Positions 23,909-34,419 are shown, counted from the stretch's first letter. The stretch: DNA of 64,000 nucleotides from Thermoanaerobaculia bacterium (GCA_963666565.1 OY762911.1:1600001-1664000), one strand, 5' to 3'. Numbers and translations are program-made. Notes: a model not told the origin generated them from the letters alone.

Positions 23909-25039
23909 TCAGAGCTCGAAGCGGCCGGGCCGCATGGCCCGCGGAATCGCCAGGCCGGGGTCGTCCGGCTCGCGGCCGAGGACCAGGGGCGCGACCATCT
24001 TCGCCGTAAGCGGCGCCAGCAGGATGCCGTTGCGGAAGTGCCCGGCCGCGACGTGCAGCCGTTCGCCCAGCCGGCCGACGATCGGCCACGGGTCCGGCGT
24101 GCCCGGTCGCAGCCCGGCCCAGTGTTCGACCGGCTTGCGGCCTTTCAACGCCGGCAGCAGATCGGCGGCGCCCGCCGCCAGGTCCGCGCGGACCGCGGCG
24201 CTCAGGCCGATGTCGAAACCCGCGCGCTCGACCGAGGCGCCGATCAGCAGGCGCCCGCCCGCGCGCCGGACGGCATAGAAGGTCGGCGTGCGGATCGCTC
24301 CGAGAAACGGCCAGTCGACGCGATCGAACGCGATCATCTCGCCCTTGACCGGTGAGATGGGGAGCGGAGGCAGCCCCCGGATCGACGCGGTCCAGGCCCC
24401 GCCGCAGACCACCGCGGCGCCGGCGGCCCGCTCGAAGCCGGCGCCCGAGACGCCGACCTCGCCGGGCGCCTCGACGACGCTCTCGACCGTGGCGCGGTGC
24501 AGGACGACGTTCCGGTTCCGCAGCGCCGCCGCCGCGGCCGCCCCGGCCAGGCGGTTGTCGACCCGGTGCTCGCCGGGCAGCAGCAGCGCTCCCTCGATCC
24601 CGGGGCGCAGGTCGGGCACCAGCTCGCGAAGCTCGGACCGGTCGAGGTCCCGAGCCGCGTCGCCGTGTTCGAGGGCCCGGGCCTTGATCCGGTCGAGCAC
24701 GGCGCGGCCCTCGGCGTCGAGGATGGGCAGCAGCGAGCCGGTGTCGTCGTAGTCGATCGACATCCCGCTCTCTCGTTCGAGCGCGGGCGCCAGATCGCGC
24801 CAGAGGTCGCGCGACCGGAGCGAGATCCGGGCGTACGCCTCGTCGGCGACGCTCTCCGCGATCGGCGCGATCATCCCGGCCGCGTTGGGCGACGCCGCGC
24901 CTTTCCGGCGGTCGTCGACGAGCTCGACCCGGGCGCCCGCGAGGTCGAGTTCGCGCGCGATCAGCAGCCCGATCAGCCCGCCGCCGACGACGAGAACGTC
25001 CGGCCGCGGCCCGGGGCCCGGGCCGTCCCGCCGGGTCAT
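23909..25039 (-). CDS. thiO: Glycine oxidase ThiO-like FAD oxidoreductase
   Basis: GGGLIG, AAGM, WAGLRP, GHFRNGILLAP; ATG at 25039. Confidence 0.8.
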   Translation of the reverse strand: MTRRDGPGPGPRPDVLVVGGGLIGLLIARELDLAGARVELVDDRRKGAASPNAAGMIAPIAESVADEAYARISLRSRDLWRDLAPALERESGMSIDYDDTGSLLPILDAEGRAVLDRIKARALEHGDAARDLDRSELRELVPDLRPGIEGALLLPGEHRVDNRLAGAAAAAALRNRNVVLHRATVESVVEAPGEVGVSGAGFERAAGAAVVCGGAWTASIRGLPPLPISPVKGEMIAFDRVDWPFLGAIRTPTFYAVRRAGGRLLIGASVERAGFDIGLSAAVRADLAAGAADLLPALKGRKPVEHWAGLRPGTPDPWPIVGRLGERLHVAAGHFRNGILLAPLTAKMVAPLVLGREPDDPGLAIPRAMRPGRFEL

Positions 25040-27420
25040 CGGTCGCCGGCCAGCGTTTCCGCGTGCAGCCGGGCCCGTGGGGCGATGGGCGGGCCGGCGT
25101 CGGACCGGAGCCGTCCGCGTTCGGTCGAGGCGAGGGCCTCGAAGACGGCGCGGGCCCGCGACCGGTACTCGTCCCGTCCCTCTTCGGCGAGGACGGTCAG
25201 TGCCAGTCCGAGCAGGTACTGGACCGTGTCGCGGCCGAGCCCGCTGCGGCCGGGAGCCTCGATCGTCCGAAGCTGGCGGACCGCTTGCGCCTGGTCGCCG
25301 GCGGCCAGCAGCAGGTTCGCCAGCTCGAGTTCCAGGAGCCAACGCGGGATGTCGCCGGCGCGCTCCAGCTCCTGGTGCAGCCGGGCGGTGACGGCCGCCG
25401 GCAACAGGTCGGGATCGAACGTGTCGAGCAGGGCCCAGCCCCACTCCGGTTCGACGCTGCGGACGGCGGCGCCGCCCGGACCGCGCGTTGCGATTTCGAT
25501 CGCGTCCCCCGGTTCGAGGCTCTCCACGGCGGTCGTCAACTGGAGCGAGGAGGACGCTGGCCGGCCGTCGATGGAGACGACCTCCATGCCCGGCGCCAGC
25601 CCGGCGGCCGCCGCCGGGCCGCCCGCCTCGACCGCTGCCACGACCGGCACGCCTCCGGCCAGGGAGTCCATCAGCGTGGCGCCGAAGCGCGGCGTCCTCC
25701 GGCCGAGGTCCGGATCGAGCGCCGCCGCCAGCCGCTGCAGGGCGTCCTGCTCCAGCCGGCGGTTCTCGATCCGCAGGCTGCGCACGTCGGGCGTCGCCGG
25801 TCCGGGAACCGCCGGCCACCACCACAGGTCGGCGGCGTCGGCGACCAGATCGTCGTTCAGCACCGCGGCGACGTAGAGCGCCGCCGGAAGGCTCGCCTGA
25901 ACCTCCCGCTGGATCGCGGCCCAGTCCAGGTCGCGTTCGGCCGTCGCCCGGTCGCGGAGCGCGGCGGCGCCGGCGCCCAGCCGGGCGAGCAGGTCCGTTC
26001 CCTCGGCGCCGCGGTCGAGGACGGTGTACGTGCCGGCGCCGCGCAGCGCGTCGAGCGCGAGTTCGACGGCGCGGACGCCGGCTGGGTCGTCGCCGAACAC
26101 GCCGAGATAGACGAGGGCCGGCCGGAGCTCGACCTCGACGTCGATCCGACGCCGGTCCTCTGCGACCACCGAGGTCTCGAAGTAGCCGAGCGTGCCGTGT
26201 GTCACCGACAGGTCGTAGGCGCCCGGCGGCAGGCGGACCTGGGGCGGAGACTTCGACCGGTCGGGCCGGAGCGTGCGGCCGTTGCCGAGGACGCTCGCGC
26301 CCTCGGTCAGGCCGACGAGGCCGACGACCGCCTCCTGGCGCTCCAGGACGACCGGCGGCAGTTCGTAGTCCTCCAGGCCGGGGATCTGGAGACTCGTGCG
26401 GAAGCTCCGGAAGCCGTCCTTCTCGATCTCGATCCGGTGGCGGCCGGGCGGCAGATCGTCGAGCCAGAGTTCGCGCGAGAAGTCCTCGGGCGGGTGGCTT
26501 GCGGCCGGTCCCTCCGGCCGGAACCGGGGCTCGGCCTGGCCGTTCGTCCGTCCGCGTTCGATTCCGTCGACCAGCACGGTCGCGCCGGTGGGGGCGGTAC
26601 GCAGCTTGACGACCGCGCTGTCGCGCTCCAGTTCGACCGTCACTTCCAGGTCCGTCCCTCCCGCGACCGCGAAGGCGGCGGTGGTCGGCAGGTAGCCCGG
26701 ACGGGAGACCTGCGCCAGGTAGTCGCCGACCAGGAGCGGGGCGGGTTCCGGCGGCACGAAGGGCTCGGGCTCGTCCCCTTCGCCGGCCGGCGTCTCGTCC
26801 GCGTCTCCGTCTTCGGCCGCCTCCTCCCCGGCCTCGTTCTCCGCCGCCGGCGGCTCGGGCGGCGGCGCCGCGTTCTCGAACGCGAGGTCGCCGACGCGGA
26901 TCTCCGCGTCCAGGGGCGTGACCAGGAAGGAGACGCGGCCCACGAGTTCGTCCTTCCGGCCCTGGAGACGGTCGGTCAGTTGCCTGCCGGCGGTCTCGGC
27001 GTCCAGCTCGAACAGCGGGTCGAGACGGACGATCCGGTCGAGCGCCAGGTCGGCCCCCTCCCGGTCGTCCAGTGTCCATCGCGCGGCCGCCAGGTAGAGC
27101 CAGGCCGTGCGCAGGGTCTCGAAGAGACGGGGATCGCCGGCGGCGAGGTTGCGGTCGCCTCCGGCGTCGGCGGCGAGCGGTTCGAGAGTGTCGATCACGT
27201 CCTGCAGCAGGGGAATCGCCCCTTCCGAGTCGCCCTCGGCGTAGATGTCGCCGGCTTCGCTCAGGGTGGCCGCCGTCCGGGGCGGCAGCCGGGTCGACCG
27301 CTCGATCTCGAGGTCGCTACGGCCGATTTCCTGGACGCCGATGCGCTGCGCTGCGGCCACGCCGCAGAAGCTGGCCAGGATCGTCAGCGCGGCGGCAGCG
27401 GGGAGGATTCGGCGGCACAT
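25036..27420 (-). CDS. Secreted PEGA + PDZ + TPR-like protein
   Basis: Signal peptide; PTGATVLVDG...GRT (PEGA); GPAAAAGLAPG (PDZ). Confidence 0.75.
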   Translation of the reverse strand: MCRRILPAAAALTILASFCGVAAAQRIGVQEIGRSDLEIERSTRLPPRTAATLSEAGDIYAEGDSEGAIPLLQDVIDTLEPLAADAGGDRNLAAGDPRLFETLRTAWLYLAAARWTLDDREGADLALDRIVRLDPLFELDAETAGRQLTDRLQGRKDELVGRVSFLVTPLDAEIRVGDLAFENAAPPPEPPAAENEAGEEAAEDGDADETPAGEGDEPEPFVPPEPAPLLVGDYLAQVSRPGYLPTTAAFAVAGGTDLEVTVELERDSAVVKLRTAPTGATVLVDGIERGRTNGQAEPRFRPEGPAASHPPEDFSRELWLDDLPPGRHRIEIEKDGFRSFRTSLQIPGLEDYELPPVVLERQEAVVGLVGLTEGASVLGNGRTLRPDRSKSPPQVRLPPGAYDLSVTHGTLGYFETSVVAEDRRRIDVEVELRPALVYLGVFGDDPAGVRAVELALDALRGAGTYTVLDRGAEGTDLLARLGAGAAALRDRATAERDLDWAAIQREVQASLPAALYVAAVLNDDLVADAADLWWWPAVPGPATPDVRSLRIENRRLEQDALQRLAAALDPDLGRRTPRFGATLMDSLAGGVPVVAAVEAGGPAAAAGLAPGMEVVSIDGRPASSSLQLTTAVESLEPGDAIEIATRGPGGAAVRSVEPEWGWALLDTFDPDLLPAAVTARLHQELERAGDIPRWLLELELANLLLAAGDQAQAVRQLRTIEAPGRSGLGRDTVQYLLGLALTVLAEEGRDEYRSRARAVFEALASTERGRLRSDAGPPIAPRARLHAETLAGDR

Positions 27421-27425
27421 CCGGC

Positions 27426-28553
27426 CTACTCCAGCACCAGGACGTCGCCGAGCCGGCTGTCGGCGATGAAGATGCGTGCCTGGCCGTCGACCGCGACGTC
27501 TTCGGGCGCCCGCAGTTCCCGGCCGCCGGGAAGGACGGGACCGAGCGTCGCCAGCGGCACGGCGGCGGGGTCGTAGACGAGGACCTGCATCGTTGCCGCG
27601 TCGAGCACGTAGCGGTTGCCGAACGGGTCGACATCGAGCGCGACGGGCCGCCGCCAGTCGGCCCGAAAGGCCTCCTCGAAGCGCCCGTCGGCGGCGAACC
27701 GCAACACGGACGGAGGCGTCGAGCGGGCGCCGGCGTCGAGCACGTGAATGGCGCCGTCCCTGCCCACCGCCAGGTCGATGGGCTCGGTCATCGTGGCGAC
27801 GCGCAGGGTCTCGAGCGGCCGGCCCTCCGGGTCGAAGCGGAGCACCTCGGCGGAGCGGCGCGAGAGCACGGTCCAGGCGCCGGAGTCGTCGCGGTGGGCG
27901 GCGACGATGCGGTCCAGGTCGCCGCCGCCGGGACGGGTGAAGGCGACGGTCCGCGGGTCTTCGATCCCGGTCACTCCGTCGGCGGCGATGACGCCGGGGG
28001 CGCCCGCCGCGGCGTGGCTCGGCCGGACCGCGCCGCGGAGGTCGCGGGCGGCCGACGGCGCGCCGCCGGCGTCGAGGATCGCGGCCCGGTTCGCCTCGGT
28101 GACGACGAGCCGGCCGTCCGCGCCGGTGGCGACCCCGCGCGGCCTTTCGATGCCGGCGCGATCCGGCAGGTAGCTGCGCGCCGCGAGCCAGCGCTCCTGG
28201 CCGGCGACCGGCCGCAGGATGAGGCGGTGCATCAGGGTCGTCCGTTCCAGCGAGCCGACGGCGACGTCGCCGTCCGCTTCGCCGCGGCGGAGAGCGCCTT
28301 CGCGGGCCAGGCGCAGGTGCTCGGCGGCGGTCCGCCAGTCGCCCCGCTTCAGCAGCAGGTCGCCGAGCTCGAAGTGGGCGTGCGGCGTCCGCTCGCTCTC
28401 GGGTTCGCGCTCCAGCACGCGGAGCAGTTCGGCGACCGTCTCGCGCTCGGTTGCGGCGTCCTGGGCCGGCAGCGCCGCAGCGAGCAGGGCCAGCCCGAAG
28501 GCGGCCGCGGCCGCGTGCCTAGGCGTCGAGTTCTTCGGAGAGCCGCTCGTCAC
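27426..28553 (-). CDS. TPR + NHL-repeat protein
   Basis: PRGVA, PIDLAV, PVALDVD and PEDVAVD NHL repeats; start uncertain. Confidence 0.75.
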   Translation of the reverse strand: MTSGSPKNSTPRHAAAAAFGLALLAAALPAQDAATERETVAELLRVLEREPESERTPHAHFELGDLLLKRGDWRTAAEHLRLAREGALRRGEADGDVAVGSLERTTLMHRLILRPVAGQERWLAARSYLPDRAGIERPRGVATGADGRLVVTEANRAAILDAGGAPSAARDLRGAVRPSHAAAGAPGVIAADGVTGIEDPRTVAFTRPGGGDLDRIVAAHRDDSGAWTVLSRRSAEVLRFDPEGRPLETLRVATMTEPIDLAVGRDGAIHVLDAGARSTPPSVLRFAADGRFEEAFRADWRRPVALDVDPFGNRYVLDAATMQVLVYDPAAVPLATLGPVLPGGRELRAPEDVAVDGQARIFIADSRLGDVLVLE

Positions 28554-30366
28554 TGAGCCGCCGGGCGGTTGGCGAGAGGGGGGCGTGGGTGAGGATCTGA
28601 CTGGCGCGCGCAATCGCCTTCGCCGCGTCGCCCAGATCCTGGTAGATCACCATCTCCTTGTAGAGCAGGTCGGCGAGTTCGTCGAGCCGTTCCTCGACTT
28701 CGCCGGCGTAGGGTCCGTCGGGGAACCGCTCCAGGTACTCGGACCCGCTCGTGATGTCGTCGTAGCTGCCGGCCAGGCTGCGCAGCCGGTCCTCGGCCCG
28801 CTCGCCGAGTTCCGGGTCCCGCTCCTGGAGCGCCAAGTGCTGCAGCGAGCCGAGACGGGTCAGTACCGGCGCCAAGTTGCGCAGCCCGCGCTGCGCCGCG
28901 GCGGCCGGAGTGTCGCCGTCCTCCGCGATGTCTCCGGCCGGCTCGGATTCCCAGGCCTTGAGGAAGTTCTCCACCGCGTCGGTCTCGCGGCCCAGCCGGC
29001 TGCAGGCGACGCCGAGCAGCAGCGCCACACGGGGCGCCCGGGGCGAGTCGGGGTAGTTCGAGAGAAAAGCCTCGAGGAACGGGGTCTCGAACACGCCGCG
29101 GTCGAGGATGCCGATCGAGTCGCGGTAGAACTCCTCGCTCTGGCGCCGGAGGTCGGCGAGTTCCTGGCTCAGCACGGCGAGGAACGGCGAATCCGGCGTC
29201 AGCGAGCGGACGGCTTCCATCTCCTTGCGGTAGGCGGCCGTCACCTCGCCGTAGTCCCGCGAGGTGGCCAGCCGCTCCAGTTCCCGGTCGCGCCGCTCGT
29301 GCAGCCGCTCCAGCCGCAGCGACTCGGCGGCCGTTCCGGCGGGCCAGGCGTTGAGCGCCATCGTCTTCACGAACCGGAGCGCCGGCGGCGCCGCCTTCGA
29401 CTCCCGCGGCTGCGGCCCGGGCCGGGGCGCGAGCCGCTTCGTCGGGTTCGCCGCGAACGCGAGCAGGCTCTCCTGGGTCGCCTGGCGATAGGCGTCGACC
29501 TCGTCGCCCGGCGCCGCTTCGAGCGTCGCGAGGTAGCGGCCCCGCGCTTTCGCGGCCAGGACCCGGGAGTCGAAGAAGGGATGGGTCTGCCAGTAGCCGT
29601 ACGCCTTCGACTGCGGGATGCGTTCGCCCATCCTGGCCATCAGCCGTTCAAGGGCGTTCGGGTCGTAGCCGGCGGCCGCGGCGAAGCGCTGCCCCTCTTC
29701 GTCGCTCTCGTCCTCGTGCTCGCGCGAGTAGCTGCGCATGACGAGCTCGGTGATCGCCATGCCGCCGACCAGCGCGGCCTGGGCCGCCGCCTCGGTCGCG
29801 CTCTGGTCGCGGGTGTAGCCGTAGGGGCCGACGTAGCCGTCGTCCCGGTCGGAGGCGCTCGCCGCCAGCAGCCCCACGCCGAGCAGGGAACTCAGCAGGT
29901 TGAGCCGCGTCGCGCGCTTCTTCTGCTTGAGGAAGTGCTCGGAGGTGACGTGCGCGATCTCGTGGCCGAGCAGGTTGGCGAGCATGTCGTCCGACAGCCC
30001 GAGGTCGAGCATGCCGCTGGTCACGAAGATCTGCCCCGCCGGCAGCGCGAAGGCGTTGGGGATCGGCGTGTCGACGACGGCGAAGGTGAAGGGATACGCG
30101 TCGAAGCCGGCGTGGTACGCCACCTCGTAGCCGATCCGGTTGACCCGTTCCTGCACCTCCGGATCGTCGAGGAGGCCGTACTGCTTCACCGCCTCGGCCG
30201 CGGCGGCGACGCTCTTCTCGAACAGGGCGGGATTCTCGATCTCCACCGCCGGCGCCGCGCCGGAGGCGGTCAGGAGCAGGGCCAGGGTTGCGGCGGTCGC
30301 GGACCGCGCGACGCCCGCGGTTCGGGACGCCCTGCCGGTTCGAGACGATTCGTGAGCGCGCATCAT
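28519..30366 (-). CDS. M48 metallopeptidase with TPR-like C-terminus
   Basis: PNAFALP, HEIAH, E.ESD and THP motifs. Confidence 0.88.
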   Translation of the reverse strand: MMRAHESSRTGRASRTAGVARSATAATLALLLTASGAAPAVEIENPALFEKSVAAAAEAVKQYGLLDDPEVQERVNRIGYEVAYHAGFDAYPFTFAVVDTPIPNAFALPAGQIFVTSGMLDLGLSDDMLANLLGHEIAHVTSEHFLKQKKRATRLNLLSSLLGVGLLAASASDRDDGYVGPYGYTRDQSATEAAAQAALVGGMAITELVMRSYSREHEDESDEEGQRFAAAAGYDPNALERLMARMGERIPQSKAYGYWQTHPFFDSRVLAAKARGRYLATLEAAPGDEVDAYRQATQESLLAFAANPTKRLAPRPGPQPRESKAAPPALRFVKTMALNAWPAGTAAESLRLERLHERRDRELERLATSRDYGEVTAAYRKEMEAVRSLTPDSPFLAVLSQELADLRRQSEEFYRDSIGILDRGVFETPFLEAFLSNYPDSPRAPRVALLLGVACSRLGRETDAVENFLKAWESEPAGDIAEDGDTPAAAAQRGLRNLAPVLTRLGSLQHLALQERDPELGERAEDRLRSLAGSYDDITSGSEYLERFPDGPYAGEVEERLDELADLLYKEMVIYQDLGDAAKAIARASQILTHAPLSPTARRLSDERLSEELDA

Positions 30367-30594
30367 GGGGGAGCCAACGGGCGCGGCACCCGGCGGATTC
30401 CGTTCGAGCGCCGGATGACGGCGGCCGAAACGGTTCGCGTGCGGCTTGAAGCGCCGCCGGGGTTCCGCGACGCCTTAGGATAACCGCGTGTCCGCGTCAC
30501 AGGCGCGGGAGACGCCAGGAGATTGCGTCGTGGAAGCTCGACGCAGCGAGATTCACGGCGCGGTCTCCCGCTGAGGCGGGGGCTGGGGCCAAAC

Positions 30595-31368
30595 ATGGAG
30601 TTTGCGGCAGGCTTGACGGCTCTGAAGGCCGCGGCCAGAAGTCGCCGCGGTCACGAGCCGTGGGTCTTCTACCCGCGGGAGGGCCGCTGGAGATGGTGGT
30701 CGTTCGAGCGCGGGTGGACCGAGATCGAGCGCTGGCGGGCCGTGCTGGAGCGGGGCGAAGGGCCGGCCGCCGGCGCCGCGCCGCCGCCCGAATCCTCGCC
30801 GGAGGCGCTCTGCTGTTGTCTCGCCGGGTCGGCCGGCGAGTCCGGAGACGAGTACCGAGGGGCGTTCGCCGCCTTCGACCGTCTGCTCGCAGGGGGTGGG
30901 TCGGCGCGCGAACTCGTCGTCGTCGCTCCGCCGGAAGCTGCCGCGGCGCCTGCGCCCGCGCTGCCGGATCGACTGGCGGAGCAAGCGCCGGGAACACGCC
31001 AGGGAATGCCGGTGCCGGTGGCCGCGCCGGCGAATCGACTCGCGCGGTTGTGGCTCGAGTGGTGCTGCGCCAACCTGGCGGTGCTGGCGCTCGAACCTAA
31101 GCGGCGCGCCCTGGTCGGCTCCGTGCTGTGGTGCCGGCCGACGGCCCTGTTGCTGGACGCCGGCCAGGAGCGCGCGCTGGCGGCCGCGGTCACGGACCGG
31201 AGCGGCGGACGCAACCGCAGGGCGGCCGGGCTGCTCGACCGGCTGCGCGTCCTGATGGTCGCGCCGGAAGCCGGGGACGAAGCCGGCGAGGTTCCGCCGC
31301 CGGCGGCCGACTGGCGCGCCTGGGGCGTCGAACGCCGGGGCGTGCGCGAGGGCGACTTCAGCCGTTGA
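30595..31368 (+). CDS. Hypothetical protein, possibly a degenerate AMP-binding N-terminal fragment
   Basis: ATG at 30595; fills the gap before the TRAP genes. Confidence 0.45.
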   Translation: MEFAAGLTALKAAARSRRGHEPWVFYPREGRWRWWSFERGWTEIERWRAVLERGEGPAAGAAPPPESSPEALCCCLAGSAGESGDEYRGAFAAFDRLLAGGGSARELVVVAPPEAAAAPAPALPDRLAEQAPGTRQGMPVPVAAPANRLARLWLEWCCANLAVLALEPKRRALVGSVLWCRPTALLLDAGQERALAAAVTDRSGGRNRRAAGLLDRLRVLMVAPEAGDEAGEVPPPAADWRAWGVERRGVREGDFSR

Positions 31369-31382
31369 TACAGTGCGGTCTG

Positions 31383-32438
31383 GTGACTACTGCCAGACCC
31401 TACGTCCGGTTCCTGCCGCTGATCCTGATCGCGGCGGTCGCCGTCCAGCCGGCCGGCGCCGCCGGTTTCGAGGTGAAGATGGCGACGCTCTCGCCCGACG
31501 GCTCGCCCTGGGACGGCTTCTTCGAGACGATGGGCAAGGACTGGGAGGCCGGGACCGACGGCCGGGTAACTCTCACGATTTACCCCGGCGGCGTCGCGGG
31601 CGACGAGCCGGACATCCTGCGCAAGATGAAGATCGGCCAGTACCACGCTGCCGCTCTCTCCGTCAGCGGTCTGGCCGACATCTCGAAGGACTTCACCGTC
31701 TTCGAGATTCCCTTGTTCTTCCACGACGAGCAGGAGATGTTCCACGTGCTGCGGGAGCTGACGCCGGGTCTCCGCGAGACGCTGGACGAGGAGGGCTTCG
31801 TCCTCCTCGGCTGGGGCTACGTCGGCCAGGTCCACTTCTTCACGAACGAGCTGGCGCGCACGGTGGAGGAGATGCAGCGGCTCAAGATCTTCACCTGGGC
31901 CGGCGACGAGGCGATGACGAGCTGGTGGCGCGAGGGCGGCTTCAAGCCGGTGGCGCTGGCGGCGACCGACATCGTGACCGGGCTTCAGACCGGCATGATC
32001 GACGCGCTCGCCGTGCCGCCGATCTACGCGATGCAGGTCCAGTTCTTCAAGCAGGCGAAGTACTTCGCCGACATTCCGCTGATTCCGATGATGGGGGCGA
32101 TCCTCGTCACGAAGCGGGCGTGGAACCGGATCTCGGAAGCGGACCGGAAGGTGATGATCGCCGCCGGCCAGCGGGCCGAGGACAGGATCTTCGAGACGAT
32201 TCCCGCGATCGAGCAGACCGCGGTGGGGCTGATGGGGGGCCAGGGGCTGGAGGTCGTGCCGATCGTGGGCACCGAAGTCGAGGACGACTGGGTCGAGATC
32301 GCCAGGGACTTCGCGGCCAGCATGCGCGGGAACACCGTGCCGGAGGCGATCTTCGACCGGGCGGCGGCGGTTCGGGACGCGTATCGCCGGCAGCAGGAGA
32401 CGGCCGCTCCGTCCACCGGGTCGGACAGCGGCAACTAG
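31383..32438 (+). CDS. dctP: TRAP transporter substrate-binding protein
   Basis: Signal peptide; KMATLSPDGSPW, YPGG and LQTGMIDA. Confidence 0.9.
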   Translation: MTTARPYVRFLPLILIAAVAVQPAGAAGFEVKMATLSPDGSPWDGFFETMGKDWEAGTDGRVTLTIYPGGVAGDEPDILRKMKIGQYHAAALSVSGLADISKDFTVFEIPLFFHDEQEMFHVLRELTPGLRETLDEEGFVLLGWGYVGQVHFFTNELARTVEEMQRLKIFTWAGDEAMTSWWREGGFKPVALAATDIVTGLQTGMIDALAVPPIYAMQVQFFKQAKYFADIPLIPMMGAILVTKRAWNRISEADRKVMIAAGQRAEDRIFETIPAIEQTAVGLMGGQGLEVVPIVGTEVEDDWVEIARDFAASMRGNTVPEAIFDRAAAVRDAYRRQQETAAPSTGSDSGN

Positions 32439-32466
32439 CCAGCGGCCTTTCAACCCGGGTCCTTGC

Positions 32467-34419
32467 TTGACTGAGAGCGCCGCAGCGGCCCGTCCCTGGG
32501 GGCCGGTGCGCTTCCTCCATCGGGCCGAGGACGGTCTCTCGATCGTCCTTCTCGGCGCGATGGTGCTCCTGCCCCTGGCGGAGATCGTCGTCCGCCGGCT
32601 CGGCACGGGCATTCCGGGCGCGCTTCCGTTCGAGCAGCACCTGACCCTGTGGGTCGCGTTCCTGGGCGCGGCGATGGCGTCGCGCGAAGGGCGGCTGCTC
32701 GCCCTGGCCACCGGCAACTTCCTGCCGGAGGGCCGGTTCCGCAGTGCGGCGGCGGTGTTCACCGGCGGGATCAGCGCGATGGTTGCGACCCTGCTGGGCA
32801 GGGCCAGCCTGGACCTCGTCCGGATCGAGTACGAAGGCGGCATCGAGATGGCGGCCGGCGTACCCGTGTGGGTGGGGCAGGCGGTCATGCCGGTCGGCTT
32901 CGCGCTCCTGGCGCTGCGGCTGGCGTGGAAGTCGTCGGAACTCTGGGCGGGCCGCGCCTTGGCCGGGTTCGGCATCGTGCTCGGTCTGTGGATCGGCGCG
33001 AACGCCGACTCCTTCGCGGATCGCACCGCGGCGCCCTGGCTCGTGCTGATCCTCGCTTCGACGCTGCTCGGCGGCCCCATCTTCGCCGCCCTCGGCGGCG
33101 CCGCGGTGTTCCTGTTCCTGTCCGACTGGGTGCCGCTCGCCGCGATTCCGGCCGAGAGCTACCGGCTCGCCGTGTCGCCGACCCTGGCGGCGATTCCGCT
33201 GTTCACGCTGACCGGTTTCCTGCTCGCCGAGGGCGGCGCCTCGGAGCGGCTGCTGCGAGTCTTCCGCGCCATGTTCGGCTGGGCGCCGGGCAGCACCGCC
33301 GTGGTGTGCGCCGTGGTCTGCGCGTTCTTCACCGTCTTCACGGGCGGTTCCGGCGTCACCATCCTGGCGCTGGGCGGCGTGCTCTTCACGGCACTCTCGG
33401 CCGATGGCTACCGGGAGCGCTTTTCGCTCGGCCTCCTTACCGCGTCCGGTTCGCTCGGCCTTCTGCTGCCGATGGCACTGCCGCTCATTCTCTTCGGCAT
33501 CGTCGCCGAAGTGCCGATCGAGGACCTGTTCATCGGCGGGATCCTGCCGGGCCTCCTGCTGATCGCCCTGATCGCCGCCTGGGGCGTCCGGGAGGGTCTG
33601 CGCAGCGGCGCCGGCAAGGCCCTTGCCGTGGCCGCTGAGGAAGACCGCGGCATCCGGGACGTCAGTTGGGAGCGGTTCCCTTCCGTGTTTCGAAGGCGCC
33701 TGCCCATCGTCTGGGAACGGTTGCCGCCTGCCGTCAGGCGGTTCCTGTGCAGTGAGTTCGTGCGCGCTCTCTGGTCCGGCAAGTGGGAGCTGCTGCTGCC
33801 TGTCGTGGTCGTTGGATCGTTCTTCAGCGGCTACGCGACCCTGGTCGAAACGGCGGCCCTGGCGGCTCTCTACGCCTTCGTCGTCCAGTGCCTGGTGCAT
33901 CGCGACGTGAGGCTGGGCAAGCCTCTTCTGGCCGTCGTCCGGCAGTGCGCCGTGCTGGTGGGCGGCGTGCTGATCATCCTGGTGGCGGCCATGGGTCTGA
34001 CGAGCTGGCTGGTCGACGCCCAGGCGGCCCAGGCCCTCGTCGATCTCGTGCAGAACAACATCGAGTCGAAGATCGTCTTCTTGCTCGCGCTCAACGTCTT
34101 CCTGCTCCTGGTCGGCTGCCTGATGGACATCTTCTCGGCCACCGTCGTCGTCGTGCCGCTGATCATCCCGCTCGGCCTGGCCTTCGGCGTCGACCCGATC
34201 CACCTCGGGATCATCTTCGTGGCCAACCTGGAACTCGGCTACCTGACGCCGCCGGTGGGCCTCAACCTGTTCCTGGCGTCCTACCGCTTCGAACGGCCGC
34301 TGCTCGCGGTCTACCGGGCCGCCGTTCCGGCGCTGATCATTCTCGGCTTCGGCGTCCTGCTGATCACGTATGTTCCTGTGCTCACCCTGGGGCTGCTCGA
34401 GTTGCTGGGGAGAACCTGA
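32467..34419 (+). CDS. dctM: TRAP transporter fused small/large permease (DctQM)
   Basis: AIPLFTLTG, DPIHLGI and TPPVGLNLF. Confidence 0.92.
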   Translation: MTESAAAARPWGPVRFLHRAEDGLSIVLLGAMVLLPLAEIVVRRLGTGIPGALPFEQHLTLWVAFLGAAMASREGRLLALATGNFLPEGRFRSAAAVFTGGISAMVATLLGRASLDLVRIEYEGGIEMAAGVPVWVGQAVMPVGFALLALRLAWKSSELWAGRALAGFGIVLGLWIGANADSFADRTAAPWLVLILASTLLGGPIFAALGGAAVFLFLSDWVPLAAIPAESYRLAVSPTLAAIPLFTLTGFLLAEGGASERLLRVFRAMFGWAPGSTAVVCAVVCAFFTVFTGGSGVTILALGGVLFTALSADGYRERFSLGLLTASGSLGLLLPMALPLILFGIVAEVPIEDLFIGGILPGLLLIALIAAWGVREGLRSGAGKALAVAAEEDRGIRDVSWERFPSVFRRRLPIVWERLPPAVRRFLCSEFVRALWSGKWELLLPVVVVGSFFSGYATLVETAALAALYAFVVQCLVHRDVRLGKPLLAVVRQCAVLVGGVLIILVAAMGLTSWLVDAQAAQALVDLVQNNIESKIVFLLALNVFLLLVGCLMDIFSATVVVVPLIIPLGLAFGVDPIHLGIIFVANLELGYLTPPVGLNLFLASYRFERPLLAVYRAAVPALIILGFGVLLITYVPVLTLGLLELLGRT

